64,000 nucleotides of DNA from Eledone cirrhosa (lineage: Eukaryota): contig OZ024740.1 in assembly GCA_964016885.1 (NCBI GenBank), forward strand, positions 115,382,001 to 115,446,000. The letters are read 5' to 3'. Below, piece by piece: positions 39,432 to 55,282 of this stretch. The notes below the pieces were generated by a model that made no database searches, had not been told where the DNA came from, and saw only the letters and a program-made list of their open reading frames with translations. The first letter of the stretch is position 1. Each line of letters opens with the position of its first letter. The translations under genes and the position numbers were made by a program.

Positions 39432-40449
39432 CAATATCGGAGAAAGCTTTTTAGCGATACTCCGGCCAAATTCCAACTCACTCAACAAACATTAGGAAAT
39501 AAGTGATTATATTCCCAATTATGTGTTCGGGGTGCTAACTAAAAGTATTGCGTGGAAAATTGGATGTATTATTTCATATGAGACATATCTAATATATCTC
39601 TTCCCAGACGGACGTCTCGTTTCATTATAGGATTCCTACAATTTGGGTGAAATTATACCAATTTATGTAGGAGCTTGTATACCATCAATAGATATATATT
39701 CAAGTGGGCTCCTATAATTCATCAGTGGGTGCCCCAATAATACTAATATTGATAATTTAACCAACATCAGCATTTAGCAATAATCATCATCCTCTGTGCC
39801 TGAGGTATCTGTCAGGTTGCCAGTCCAGCAGTTTTAAAGAAGTGCTCAAACTGATTAAAAAAATGAGGAAGTAAATTACCGCCTAAAAAACAATACATGC
39901 GCATGACAATGAATTCTGAAAGGAATTGAGGCCACGTGCTAAGAACTCAATTGGAAATTGAAAAAATATCTATGTGTGTACAACATTTGATGACACACAC
40001 AGATATTTTCTCGGGCAAAATAACAGAATGAGATATAAGGAACAATCAATATTCATATATAAAAAATAAACAAAGAAATGCTGACCTTATACCGGGAATT
40101 TTTTCAAATCTGTTGCACCAAGAGTAAATATATAAATACAATATCGGAGAAAGCTTTTTAGCGATACTCCGGCCAAATTCCAACTCACTCAACAAACATT
40201 AGGAAATAAGTGATTATATTCTCAATTATGTGTTCGGGGTGCTAACTAAAAGTATTGCGTGGAAAATTGGCTGCATTTTTTCAAATGAGACATATCTAAT
40301 ATATCTCTTCCCAGACGACGTCTCGTTTCATTATAGGATTCCTACAATTTAGGTGAAATTATACCAATTTATGTAGGAGCTTGTATACCATCAATAGATA
40401 TATATTCAAGTGGTCCTCCTATAATTCATCAGTGGATGCCCCAATAATA
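39425..40449 (-). mobile_element. Partial tandem (about 1.45 x 707 bp) with a hammerhead in each direct repeat
   Basis: 39425-39741 repeats at 40131-40449. ccca-CTGATGA-attatagga...tcctataat-GAAA-cg...cg-TC-tggg at 39603-39729 and 40310-40436. Confidence 0.85.
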
Positions 40450-40710
40450 AGTGTGTGTGTGTGTGTGTGTGTGTGTGAATACGTATGTGCGTATGTGCGT
40501 ATGTGTGTCTGTCTTTCTCATTAACAGGACTAGAACTGTTTCATTCAAGAGAAATCATATATATATATATATATATATATGATTTCTCTCGAATGAAACA
40601 GTTCTAGTCCTGTAGAAGCCATTCCTATATTAAATATTTATACTCTGCTATGTATTGAGTACCTTACTTACTGTGGTTACCCCTGATTGAACCCGGGATA
40701 AAGTCATATG

Positions 40711-40814
<104 letters not shown>

Positions 40815-40999
40815 ACCAGTCTAGTCCTGGTGTTGATCTTCCTCTCCTTTATATACATTTCTCACTTCCATCCTCTCACTCGCTCTATTATTCTCTGCAA
40901 GTAATCTGCAGTATTCAGGCCTGGAGAAGATTGGGCTCCGCCAGGTTTTAAAATGCCTTAAAGACACCGTATGTCAATACGGCGACCCTACGACAAGTA

Positions 41000-41185
41000 C
41001 AGGTAAAATTCCGTTGTAACGAATACCATTATAACGAATTGTTCAGTATAGCGAATTTTTTTTCAATCCCCGAGGAAATATTAAACAAACGCTCGATTTG
41101 TTTCGGTCCATCTCGTTATAAAGAATTTTTCGTTACAACAAATTTGTTTATACCTTGTGAATTTCGTTATAACGAAATTTCACTG
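41000..41185. mobile_element. pogo/Tigger-like MITE
   Basis: TA|caggtaaaattccgttgtaacgaa ... ttcgttataacgaaatttcactg|TA, with internal ttataacgaa repeats. Confidence 0.75.
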
Positions 41186-41501
41186 TATATTTAACATTGT
41201 ATCGATCTATTGATCAACCAGGCAATCTACTGCTTATCTATCTAGCCACTACCTGCCTATATCTAGATATAAATTTAATTTCTATTTCCAAGGATACCTT
41301 ACCCCTTAACACATTATACTACCTAACAACATCCCTCTGATTTCTACACTTCACCTCAGTTCACTTAATTTCACATTACCACACATTCCTAAGTTACATA
41401 CAATTAGCAAGACACTCAAAAGTTTCCTCGTTAAACTTTTAAAACTTCGTCTCCAAGGCTATTTCTATCTAACCAACAAGATCTGATAGGATAAATCTGA
41501 T

Positions 41502-41535
<34 letters not shown>

Positions 41536-42150
41536 GGGGGGGGGGGTGAATACGTATATGCGTATGTGTGTCTGTCTTTCTCATTAACACTAATATCTTA
41601 TACTTAATTGTTTAATCTCATCAGGAATTCATAAATCATTTATCATTTTACTCACATATTTCCTGTGTTGATCAAACTTCCTGATAATTCTTTGTTGTAA
41701 CTTTCCGTATAAGAATTTAAATGTTGATCAACAGGAAAAGACAGAATTTAATGTTTGGTCAAATACACATATATATAAGATATTATATTTAGGCATGTGT
41801 ATGCGTGTGTGTGTGCGCGCGTGAGTGTGTGTGTGCGTGTGTGTGTGCGTGTATGTATGTGTGTGTGTGTATCTGTGTGTATGTGTGTGTCTGTCTTTGT
41901 ATGTGTGTGTGTGAGCGAGAGAGAGTGTGTGTGTATGTGTATTAGACAGCTCAACATTAACTCCACCATCCAGCCACACAAATTTAACAGACGCTCTTAG
42001 TTGAGCCACTTCTACATCCATTTCACATAAAATAATTTACATACAGAAATGACCAGCTTAACACAAAGTTTTACTTGTCTTTGACAATGATTAAATATAT
42101 ATATATAAACATATATATATGTGTGTGTGTATGTATGTATGTATGTATGC

Positions 42151-42205
<55 letters not shown>

Positions 42206-42208
<3 letters not shown>

Positions 42209-42808
42209 CGTTTCTGAATTTGTTTAGCAAGATTCTTTATCTGAAATCGTGTGTTGAAACCGATATTGTTATACTTTGGGAGGGTCATGTTGCCAATAAG
42301 AAACACACGCACCAGTTGCTTTCACTTTAATTTATTATAATAAATTTATAAATTTAGGAATTTATAAATTTCTGGTTGGTTGGTTGGTTCCACAAGCAGA
42401 TAGTTGTTTATATATTGTCAAAGTTCTTTCGTCACACATTCTGTGACCTCTTCAGTGACTGGGGATTCTTTTCTTTGTTTTTGTGCCTCTCCTTTGTTCT
42501 GTCCTACGCCATTTTGTTTCTGTGTGTGTGTTGTGTCACAACACACACACAGAAACAAAATGGCGTAGGACAGAACAAAGGAGAGGCACAAAAACAAAGA
42601 AAAGAATCCCCAGTCACTGAAGAGGTCACAGAATGTGTGACGAAAGAACTTTGACAATATATAAACAACTATCTGGTTGTGGAACCAACCAACCAACCAG
42701 AAATTTATAAATTCCTAAATTTATAAATTTATTATAATAAATTGAAGTGAAAGCAACTGGTGCGTGTGTTTCTTATTGGCAACATGACCCTCCCAAAGTA
42801 TAACAATA
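42206..42808. mobile_element. Coding-less fold-back of the Naiad-type pLTR
   Basis: Two inverted copies of ~38268-38547 meeting near 42536, plus an extended tail; in (TA)n. Confidence 0.92.
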
Positions 42809-42816
42809 TATATATA

Positions 42817-44016
42817 TAAACGGAAAAAATGAAACGAAATTTCATTTCTCATTCTTAGTACGGCTGTTACTTTAAATATAAGCATGTATACGTACATACA
42901 TATATGTATACAGACGCACAGTAGTATGTATATATATATATATACATACATGCACACATATATATATGTACGTATGGATTCACCGAACATTTATTATAAT
43001 GCTCGGTGTGTTTGTAAACAAATATCCCGAATTAAGCCGTACAGTGTCTTGCAAGCATCGTTGCTCATTTGTTCAACCCTGACAAAGGAACGCTGTACTA
43101 GTTTCAAGCTTATTAGCTATCGTCAGCAACGTATAACTTCCTGCCAGATGATTGAACGTCTGAAAGTGTATACTTTCCTTATGCATATTAACGGCTGAGC
43201 AGCCTAAATTGCATATCGAGTGAGTTAATCGGTCGGTGTACCGAAAACGATAAACGGAAAAAAATGAAACGAAATATCATTTCTCACTCTTAGTACGGCT
43301 GTTACTTAAATATAAGTATGTATACGTACATACATATATGTATACAGACGCACAGTAGTATGTATATATATATACATACATGCACACATATATATATGTA
43401 CGTATGGGTTCACCGAACATTTATTATAGTGCTCGGTGTGTTTGTAATCGAACATCCCGAATTAAGCCGTACAGTGTCTTGCAACCATCGTTGCTCATTT
43501 GTTCAACCCTGACAAAGGAACGCTGTACTAGTTTCAAGCTACTGTGCGTCTGTATACATATATGTATGTGCGTATACATACTTATATTTAAGTAACAACC
43601 GTACTAATGGTGAGAAATGAAATTTCGTTTCATTTTTCCGTTTATCGTTTTCGGTACCCCGACCGATTAACTCACTCGATATGCAAATTAGGCTGCTCAG
43701 CCGTTAATATGCATAAAGAAAGTATATACTTTCAGACGTTCAATCATCTGGCAGGAAGTTATACGTTGCTGACGATAGCTAATAAGCTTGAAAATAGTAC
43801 ACCGTTCTTTTGTCAGGGTTGAACAAATGAGCAACGATGCTTGCAAGACACTGTACGGCTTAATTCGGGATGTTTGTTTACAAACACACCGAGCATTATA
43901 ATAAATGTTCGGTGAATCCATACCTACATATATATATGTGTGCATGTATGTATATATATATATATATACATACTACTGTGCGTCTGTATACATATATGTA
44001 TGTACGTATACATACT

Positions 44017-44018
<2 letters not shown>
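42817..44018. mobile_element. Family B tandem plus inverted array (~435-bp monomer)
   Basis: Monomer starts at 42817 and 43252; inversion near 43540. Confidence 0.85.
43090..43132 (-). ncRNA. Type I hammerhead ribozyme (family B, intact copy)
   Basis: acgttg-CTGACGA-t agct aata agct t-GAAA-ctag-TA-cagcgt. Confidence 0.88.
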
Positions 44019-44065
<47 letters not shown>

Positions 44066-44069
<4 letters not shown>

Positions 44070-44591
44070 GACGTAAAATAAGAAAATAATAATAATTAAC
44101 TTACTTACTTAAGTTTCACTCCAACAAATGAGTTTCTGAAAGGGGATATACATAGTGTTTAAAACCATGGGGAATTCCTTTCTTCATCAGGGAGTCAAGT
44201 CTCTGCTAAGATCCCTGGCGATAGGCGGACACAGGGATCTCAAACAAAAATAATTCAGTGAATGGAAAAGAAGCAAGCGCGGACTAAATTTCAAGACACT
44301 GAAAATTTCACAACTTTCCCGGTCAGTGGCAAATTCAAAAGAATCAATCACGTGACATCGAGGTTAATCAGTGAGGAGTGGGGTGTTAAAAAGACAGTAG
44401 CCAAAATATTACTATGAATCATAGCAGTAATTCAGGCAAATTTTTGCTCAACAAATAATTTGGAGATAATTATAAAGAATTAGTATCCCTACCAACATAT
44501 TTATACAGAAGTATACTTATGCTAGCAAGATATATCTTGCTAGCATAAGTATACTTCTGTATAAATATGTTGGTAGATATATTAATTCTTT
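44066..44591 (-). mobile_element. Family F element with hammerhead (44118-44195) and terminal hairpin
   Basis: actcc-CTGATGA-a gaaagg...cctttc a-GAAA-ctcatttg-TT-ggagt; perfect palindrome ~44489-44576. Confidence 0.8.
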
Positions 44592-45015
44592 ATATATATA
44601 TATATATATATATATGTGTATGTGTGTGTGTATGTGTGTGTGTGGGGGGGGGGGGTATATATAAGTTATTGCGGGTTGAATCGGAGGTAACCACAGTAAG
44701 TAAGGTACTTAATACATAGCAGAGTATAAATGTTTTAATATAGTTCTATATTAAAACATATATATATATATATAGTTCAAGGGTAAGAGATTGTCTAGAT
44801 TAATGTATCCACAGTATGCGTGTTTGTACGATTATATAGGCGCAATCACTCAAGATCTGAGAGCAGAGTTGTTATAAGATCGATCCTTACCAGCCATATA
44901 CATATATATATATATACAGCCATCCAAATATGTATATATATGTGTATATATATGTGCATATGATATATATACATGTATATATATACATGTATATATATAT
45001 GCATATATTTATGCA

Positions 45016-45069
<54 letters not shown>

Positions 45070-45075
<6 letters not shown>

Positions 45076-45252
45076 TATAAGTATTAATAAAATAGATGTT
45101 CTTTTGATCAATTACATTTCATTATACATATTTCGGATGTACAACAGTACGTCCTCATCAGACAATATATAATGATACATGACATACCCTGAGATGTTAA
45201 ATGGTTAAGATTTAATCAAGGTAGTACCTTGATTAAATCTTAACCATTTAAT
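45070..45252 (-). mobile_element. Family G mini-element with hammerhead (45119-45165)
   Basis: ttgt-CTGATGA-ggacgtac tgtt gtacatcc-GAAA-tatgta-TA-atga; short terminal fold-back; homologous to 47297-47455. Confidence 0.8.
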
Positions 45253-45459
45253 ATATAAATATATATATATATATAACGAAGGAAATGTGGTAAGGAACCA
45301 GGTGGACACATTTCCTTCGTTATCTAGCTCCTATTCCCGTAGTAGAGCACTTTCCGACCCTACCACGCCGTATCCAGACTTTTCCGCTAAGCTCAATTCA
45401 TTTCACCCGCACCACGGGGTCTTACCGGTTCCTATTATATATATATATTTATATGAAAT

Positions 45460-46400
45460 ATATGAAATATAAGAATCAAAGAACTGTTCAAAACATTATT
45501 GTGCTTACAGCTGTTTCCTCCAAACCGAGGTTTGGATTCTTCGGAGCAATTTATTAATGCATGGACAGTTATAAAGTTAACTAAAGAACACCAGACTACG
45601 ATCTCTAACTGGATTGTCGTGGATTATGTGAAAGGCATATAATCGAAATATACACTCCCTTGACCATGAAAATGCCGAAGTACATGAATTACTTGACATC
45701 CCTGCGTTGTGCATCTCCAATACTTATAACACTTTTAATGCTTGCACTATCTTTAATACTTATAATATTTCTCCACACACAGACTACATCAATCATATAA
45801 AGACTTTGCCACCAGATCTACCAACCTAACACTCTTATTTACCTACCTAAGTGCCTCTACCACACATATCTCTCTGCCACACTATATAAACAAGACGCAC
45901 ATGCGTGCCACACATATAACATTTGCACTATATAACCACTTATCTTCATGTTGTACTTTAACCTATATCTTTGATTTTTGATTGTACCTATTAATATAAA
46001 TGTAATCTCGAAGTGTGTACTGCCACTCTAAATTTTGTAATGAATGTTGACCCACAATGTTTGAATATGTATCAATGTTTGAATATGTATTGGTATGTCT
46101 CTCGGCTGAAAAGGAGGTCATATAACTGTCCATGCATTAATAAATTGCTCCGAAGAATCCAAACCTCGGTTTGGAGGAAACAGCTGTAAGCACAATAATG
46201 TTTTGAACAGTTCTTTGATTCTTATATTTCATATAACTGCTCTGTAAATCATCTGATGTTTTTACATTGAGCTACTTAACTTACTGGTAATAAGGTAGTA
46301 ATACATTACTGCCTACCACTATTTAGGGTGTGTGTAAAATACTTACAACTGCTTAAGGTTTTGTGTTTACATAACCATAAATAGTATAACTAATACTATA
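45460..46400 (+). mobile_element. Family H element: inverted arms with a hammerhead (46146-46192 +, 45502-45548 -)
   Basis: 45460-45573 is inverted relative to 46121-46233. tgct-CCGAAGA-a tccaaacc tc ggtttgga g-GAAA-cagctg-TA-agca. Confidence 0.8.
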
Positions 46401-46492
<92 letters not shown>

Positions 46493-47170
46493 ACGAGAGG
46501 AATTGTAAAACAAAAATCAGATACCAAGTCAAAAAACTTACATGAATGGTAAAATTTTGGTTATTTCCGAATCAGATAGCAAGTAAAAAGAACTTACTTA
46601 AATATGGTAAAATGCCGAGATTTCAATATTCTCTACAGCTGTTTCATGTGTGAAGAAAAATGGTAAATAGAAGGAATCATGCATGAAACACCCAAACCTC
46701 AGTCACCATAGCTTCAAAAGATGATTCGAACGCACATGTTGAAGAACGTAATAATATGACCAATGGGCCAACAGGAATGATAGAAATAGCAGTGCTTTTG
46801 GTCTAAAAATAAAGAGCTCCACACATATAAACATATGTACATATATATACATTTATGAATATAAACATATACACATAAACATATACACATAAGTACATAT
46901 ATACATAAATATATACATATACACATATATACATATATACATAAATACATATATACATAAATACATAAATATATACATATACACATACATACATAAATAT
47001 ATATATACACATAAATATGCACATACACATAAATATATACTTACACATAAATCTATACATACACAAATGTTATACATACACATGGATATATACAGACACA
47101 TAAATGTATACAAACACATAGATGTATACATTCACATGAATGTATACATACACATAAATGTATACATACA

Positions 47171-48850
47171 CAGTATATATATATATATATATTAAATTGT
47201 TAAACAATATTCAATGATTATGTCAAAGAATGAGTTTTACAGTAGATTGGAAGCACTCAACGTTTAAAAAAAAACAATTTTCTGGAGTTATTAATATTAA
47301 AATATAAGTATTAATAAAATAGATGTTCTTTTGATCAATTACATTTTATTATACATATTTCCGATGTACAACAGTACGTCCTCATCAGACAAAATATAAT
47401 GATAGATGACATACCCTGAGATGTTAAATGGTTAAGATTTAATCAATGTAAGTACCATGTAGACCAATACATCATGCGTAGCGAAACCTTGGACTTAGAA
47501 CCGGCAGGCTCGTCTATCGCGAAAGCGTTCAACCCCTGAAACTAGAAGATCGAACGGACCACATCCGGCAACCACTGGCTATTAGATCCACAGGTACATC
47601 TCCCAGAGAGTCCACGCAGATAATAGTGAACCCCAGGTGATCTATGAACGTTTAAACAAGACCAGCTGCGCCTGGAGCTATGCAGATGACTGCATACGCA
47701 TGATGGATATCGTGCCTGGAGCTATGCAGGGGACTGCATAGGCAGAATGGATATCGCGCCCACACGGTCACCAGTACTGTTCATCCTGTTATATTTTTGT
47801 AATAATTTTATGATAATTTTGTAATAATTTTGCGATAATTTTATGATAATTCGATAATTTTGTAATGATTTTGTGGTAATTTTGTGATGATTTGATAATT
47901 TTGTAATGATTTTGTGGTAATTTTGTAATAATTTTGTAATAATTTTTAATCCTGTATCAATAATTTTAGAATGTTTTTTTGTGATAATACATGGTTAGAT
48001 CACTGAAGCTACCTTATACCTTCTTAAAGATACATTTTATGATTATTGTCTTTTTGCTTATGTATTTTCTTAGTTACCACTTTCTTTAATCTTGCCCAAC
48101 TTGATAAACTCCTTGAATTGCTCCCTAATTAAATTACTTAAATTGCTTAGATTATTGTATCTATTATGCCTAGGTTGTATCTGTTGAAGCAGCCCTTTGA
48201 AAGTTCCTCGGATATCCCAAATACCGTAATTTTTAATTTTTAACTTTTAATGTATAATTTTCCTCAATTCGTTTTTATATTTATCCTTAGAGGCTCTGTA
48301 AAATTTTAATTCTTCGAAGGGTCTCTCGGAAGAAGTTCCTATTAGAAATATTAAAGGGGCCTTTTCTGAGAGATTTATGGAAGGCTCTCTGAATTAACCT
48401 CTAATTGATTAGTTTTTTTCAACCTAGTTTTCAATTCAGTTTTCTGAATTTTGTAAACGTGATCTCGGGGGAAGAAGGTTTTTTTCTTTGGGAAAAAAAA
48501 TTTTTTCTCTAGAAGAAATTTCATAGGAACTTTATATATTTTTTAGGGAAACTTTATATTTTTATTTTCTTATTTTATTAGCCTCTTAATTTTCTTCTAG
48601 ACTAATAGGTTTATTGGAGCCTGTAAGCTTTATGCACTCATTGAGGGATTTTCTAAGGTGCTTCTGCGGGACCCCAAGTCTTTTAGTTTAATGTTGATGC
48701 GTAAATTATATATTTTTGTCTAATTTTTAAACTTCAATCCCTGACCCCGACAACTAATATAAAAGAGCCCCCCTTAAAGCGGAGTTGCTGATGTATACAA
48801 CAATTTCAAACTGCTAGTCTTGAGTGATACGTTGATGTAAACAATGATCT
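47171..48850 (-). mobile_element. Longer family G copy: hammerhead (47343-47395) plus heavily decayed PLE-like body
   Basis: attttgt-CTGATGA...GAAA-tatgta-TA-ataaaat. Minus-strand LRYLGYPRNF (~48200-48230) resembles the PLE thumb GYP motif. The rest has many stops. Confidence 0.5.
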
Positions 48851-49089
48851 TGCAATCACATGTTATATGCCTTGATAAGTCCCACCATGGGGTCGGACGA
48901 AACGGCTGTCGGCAATAAACTTGTTATAATGTCATAATAGTTCCTTTGTTCTTTTTCACTAATATATATATATATACATATATGCATAAATATATGCATA
49001 TATATATACATGTATATATATACATGCATATATATCATATGCACATATATATACACATATATATACATATGCACATATATATACATATA

Positions 49090-49310
49090 GGAAACGATCG
49101 ACTTTTCGTCAAATCGGACCGAGGAAACAATGTTTCCATTAGTCTTTCCAATTGCTAATACTATCTATCGGTCGCAACTCCAGGTAGAAGGAGCAACGTG
49201 AAATAAAGTGTCTTGCTTAAGGACATAACGCATCGCCCGGTCCGGGAATCAAACTCACAAACTCACGATTGCGAATCCAATTCTTTAACCACTCAGCCAC
49301 ACGCCTTCAC
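49090..49310 (-). mobile_element. tRNA-derived CORE-type SINE
   Basis: Reverse complement of 22424-22645. Confidence 0.85.
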
Positions 49311-49419
49311 AATATATATATATGCACATATATATATCTATCTATATATACATATATGCACATGTATATACATATCTATATAAACATATATATATAAATT
49401 CATATTTATATATATATAA

Positions 49420-49518
<99 letters not shown>

Positions 49519-49612
49519 AAGTAATTGTGGTAAGGAACCAGATGGACGCACCAGAGTACTCAATACTTAGGGTAGTAGAAACGGCTTGAGCTCTGCCGTC
49601 GGGGTCATACTT

Positions 49613-49689
<77 letters not shown>

Positions 49690-49754
49690 ATATATATATA
49701 CATTTATATACACATATATATATATAAATTTATACATACATATGTATATATATG

Positions 49755-49862
<108 letters not shown>

Positions 49863-50198
49863 CATACATAAATATATGCATATACACATACATACATAAA
49901 ATATATATACACATGAATATATACATACACATAAATACACATAAATATATACATACACATAAATACATATATATATATATATGTATATTACCTATTATAC
50001 ATAAATACAGACATACACACAATTGGACGATTTTATTATTCTGCAACGCTTCAAGAAGCTAGAGAGGGCAGGGTGGGTGGGGCAAATACATCGATGTATA
50101 ATAACGGTGAGATCGATGGCAAACCGTGAAGAACATAATCAACTTTGGCATTCAACGAAAGAACACGGATTTTGGATTTATTTTTAAGCTTCCCGGCT

Positions 50199-50367
50199 AG
50201 AAGAAGAAGAAGAAGAGAAGAAGAAGAAGAAGAAGAAGAAGAAGAAGAAGAAGAAGAAGAAGAAGAAGAAGAAGAAGAAGAAGAAGAAGAAGGGGGAGGA
50301 GAAGAAGAAGAAGAAGAAGAAGAAGAAGAAGAAGAAGAAGAAGGGGGAGGAGAAGAAGAAGAAGAAG

Positions 50368-50402
<35 letters not shown>

Positions 50403-50407
50403 AACAA

Positions 50408-50443
<36 letters not shown>

Positions 50444-50474
50444 GATGATGATGATGATGATGATGATGATGTTG

Positions 50475-50510
<36 letters not shown>

Positions 50511-50516
50511 GTGATG
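50199..50516. repeat. Compound trinucleotide microsatellite (GAA)n-(CAA)n-(GAT)n
   Basis: Direct inspection. Confidence 0.98.
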
Positions 50517-51899
50517 AAACGAAAAGGAGTCTTATAAAATACTTTTACTTATTCCTTATTTAATTTGTCTCTTTTCTTTTCAAATTTTTTGTATTTAAAT
50601 TTCCATATATTTTTTTTTGTTTTGGGGTTTTGTTTGTTCTTGTTGTCGTTGTTGTTGTTGTTATGGTGATTGTACTGAGAGTGTGGGGTGTATTTCTTAT
50701 TTATTTCACTGATAGAGATCTCAGAACTCTCTGAATTGAGAGCACGACATGCATACCAATATATTTATTTGTTTGGCTGTTATTTCTCTCACTTTACATT
50801 TATATTTTCATTGTTTATTTCCATTTTTTTGTCTTTATTATTATTTTAATTTTTATATATTTTCCCCCTTTTTCACTTATCTTAAGTTGCCAACGATATT
50901 TTTGATGGACTCTCGGGGAGATTGCTAATGTTTTCCTATAGAGTGTACTAATTTCAATCTTGTTTATTTGTTATGTTATTTGTTTGTTGTTTTTGGTGAT
51001 GGAGTGGGGGGCAATGATTAAACTGGCCCCAAACTTAGGTTTACGTTTTACAAATAAGATTGTCTGTCCGGAACGACAGGAAAGTTGCATGAATTTTGAG
51101 GGCAAAGACTGACTTGTGGTGGGGTCGTGTGGGGTTATCGATGCAGAAGAAATTAGAGAGCGCGGAGATTTTTAATGGATGGCAAGATACACGAAGTTAT
51201 ATGTGTTTAGAGAAATATAAAGATGGATTGATGGATCGATGACTGGCTGAAAAGACCGCTGGTTAGGTTGATGGGTGGATGAATGGGTGGATCTGGTGGA
51301 TGGTTGGGTAGAGGGTTTGTTAGATTGATCGATCAATTGATGGATAGACGATTGATTGGATGACTGACAGGATGGGTAGATTTAGTCGATACAACGGCGG
51401 GTGAATGAATTGATGGATGGATGAGAGGATTTGATAGATGGATAGATATGTGAAATAAAAGAAAACAAATAAAACGTACAGCTCATACCTATGCAATTTT
51501 AGATGAGGTTGCCTCTAATAGGAAGTCCCAAGTCCCATCGTCAAAAGCAATGGTGAATGAAGCATCTTACTAAAGAACACAACGTGCTGCCTGGTCCAGG
51601 AATCGAACCAACTACCTTATGATTGTAAGTCCAACACTAGCTACTAGATCAGACACCTTCATCGATATACAACGGATGGACGGGTTTTTAGTGGATTTAC
51701 CAATGATTAAGTGAATGAAAGAAGGAATAGGAAAAGGATATTAATTCGGAGATTGATTAGAAATATGGGTAAACTTTGAATAATTTGAGTGTGGATGGGA
51801 ATGTATTTGGATTGTGGGGTGGATGGATGAATCAATGAATGGAATGTATCGATGGATAGTTCCTAAACTAATACATGTACGGGTATTTTAATAAATATA

Positions 51900-52739
<840 letters not shown>

Positions 52740-53981
52740 TTATGGATAAAGTAGTCGACTGCTAGCTTATATTTCGTGTATTTTGCTAATTTTCCGTTAG
52801 CGCTCAGTAACTTCTTTTTTTTTGTAGGATCTGATTTCTTTTATTCAGATCACTTAGAAAAACTATGTCCCAGAAATACAAATCGATGATATACAGCATA
52901 AACAATTGAGTTGAAGTTGGTTCAAATTCTGACAAAAGCACTGCTCTTTGTCAATAGTAAAGACACTCCATCCTCAACGACTCCGTTTGAACCACCAGAA
53001 TGTATTAGTGACTAAATTATTGTACTACGAAATCATAGCTTTTGTGTTTCAAGATCCGCTACATGCGTTATGTTGTTCTCTTGTTTTTGTGCATAACATT
53101 TAATTATTTTACGTTGCTTTAGTTCATCTAGCAGTCTTGAATTGGTGGAGATATTACCTAAGATAGACTATATTTTCATTCAGGGTAATATTTCTCTATC
53201 ATCAATTTCATTTCATAAATCTTGAGCCGAATCCTCTAGGATTAGAAGATATTTTCATCTATTTACTTTTTACTCTGCAATTCAGATTAAATAGGTAATA
53301 AAGTGAGACATTATGTACCATGAGATGGAACACTATGCTAGTTAGTTCCTCTTGCTCCCTATAAATTATAAAATGGCGAGAGATTTCCACCAAGTACGGT
53401 CGTAAGCTTCATGACAAGCCTATTCCCAGGACAGGCCCATGTTGCCAAATTCTTTAACCAGTAGGTCTTTACAGGCCTGTCTCGCCTCCTAACATGGCCT
53501 TTCACACGAGAGAAATTCTTATTGGTCTCTTCGTAGTCATGTACAGCATATAACCAGGCATTTTCTTGCACTGATGGATTTCTGTGGATTATTCAGCCTG
53601 GCCCTTTCCATGGCCTCTTCGGGTACCACAAGGTATAATACCAGAGACCACATGGTATAATAATAGCATGGAGGAATTGTTGACTCCACAAGATGAATTA
53701 ATATGAATCATAATGTTGCCTCAGAGATAAAATTGTAGAAAGACGAGGTGAAGCAGCACGTAGCACAAGAAATTGAGAGGACAGAAGTTCTCTTGTTTTC
53801 CACGATGGACATTCAAGTTTATGGTTGAATGAACAAACCCTATGTTAAATTAGCATGTAAGTGGATGCGTATTCCACATTTACTTTGAACCATAATGCAA
53901 TTTGCAGGTCGAATTAACGTGACACAGTATATGTCAAAGCTGAACCTTTGAATAACCGATACAATAAATCTGGTTAACTTT

Positions 53982-54788
53982 TAGTTTCTATCTATTTTGT
54001 TCACAAGTTTGGGGTGGATCCCAGAACACAATACAGACAGGTGGTTAAGATGTCACGCAATGAGACTGAAACTGGACATTCAAAATTTCAATGCGAATTT
54101 CTTAGTTATTCGGTCATGCCAATTGGCATCTATACCTCAAGAATAAAGAGCAACATCGTGTCATCAATGGACGTTAACATATTTTTAATGAAGATTATGA
54201 AATAATGAATGAATATGAAATAATTTCGAAAACAAACAAGAATTTGGAGGGATTTAGCAATATGACTTTTTCATTGATTTAGTATTTGGAACATAATTTC
54301 ACTAAGGTTCTTACATATTATAATGAAAGGTTTTTAAATAAATATAAGACTTATAAATAATATATAAATAAATATAAGTAAAAGGTTTTGTATTGTAGAA
54401 CCATTTTTAGAGTTGGCTTTAGGTTGTTATCATAAACGGTTATATATATATATAAAATGTTTTGAACATAGTTTTGATTATTCTGTAATTTTTATATATA
54501 TATAATTAATAATAATAAATATTTTTTTATTATTATTAATATTACACTCTGCATAATTGTTTCTACTTTAGGCACAAGGCCAGCAATTAACCAGTGCATT
54601 ACTGGTACTTTATTTTATCGACCCCGTAAGGATGAAAGGCAAAGTCAACCTCGGCGGGATTTATTATTATTAATATTACACTCTGCATAATACAACACCA
54701 ATATACATACTGGAAACTACGCATCGAGTGCTCACTCGGGTGAACCTACACTAACTGGACGCTACAATCCCTACACACACTCACACAA

Positions 54789-54824
<36 letters not shown>

Positions 54825-55088
54825 TCATATTGTTATAATATTGCCAGAAATAATAACAGAACACACTCAGTTTGGTTTAGGTTGGTTTTCGCTTCTGTAT
54901 CTTTTACATCTCCATAGTTAATATATTTGGCAATCAATGTATATTATTGATTGACCAGCAGTTAAAAATACTGATATAAATATATATATATATATAGTCT
55001 ATCAAAGTTCACATCATCAGTGATACTATTATGTTATCTCCCATTGTATTGTAAAGTTTACGCCATTTTATACATATACATGCATATA

Positions 55089-55155
<67 letters not shown>

Positions 55156-55227
55156 CAAAGAGGGTGTGGTAAGATACTAAGTGGACCATAACGCATCAGA
55201 GTACTCGATATTTGGGGTGTCCTGAAT

Positions 55228-55282
<55 letters not shown>

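Noticed and set aside
40912-41002. Phase-compatible further exon (YSGLEKIG...), possibly joining a terminal exon at 52829-52890
   Set aside because: The donor lies in a MITE terminal repeat and the sequence looks transposon-derived. Insufficient support without transcripts.
47800-47950. ~10-bp ataattttgt minisatellite (and an 18-bp unit at 868-930)
   Set aside because: Ordinary short tandem expansion within element bodies.
50051-50537. Poly-E/Q/N/M and poly-S/F ORFs
   Set aside because: Compound trinucleotide microsatellite.
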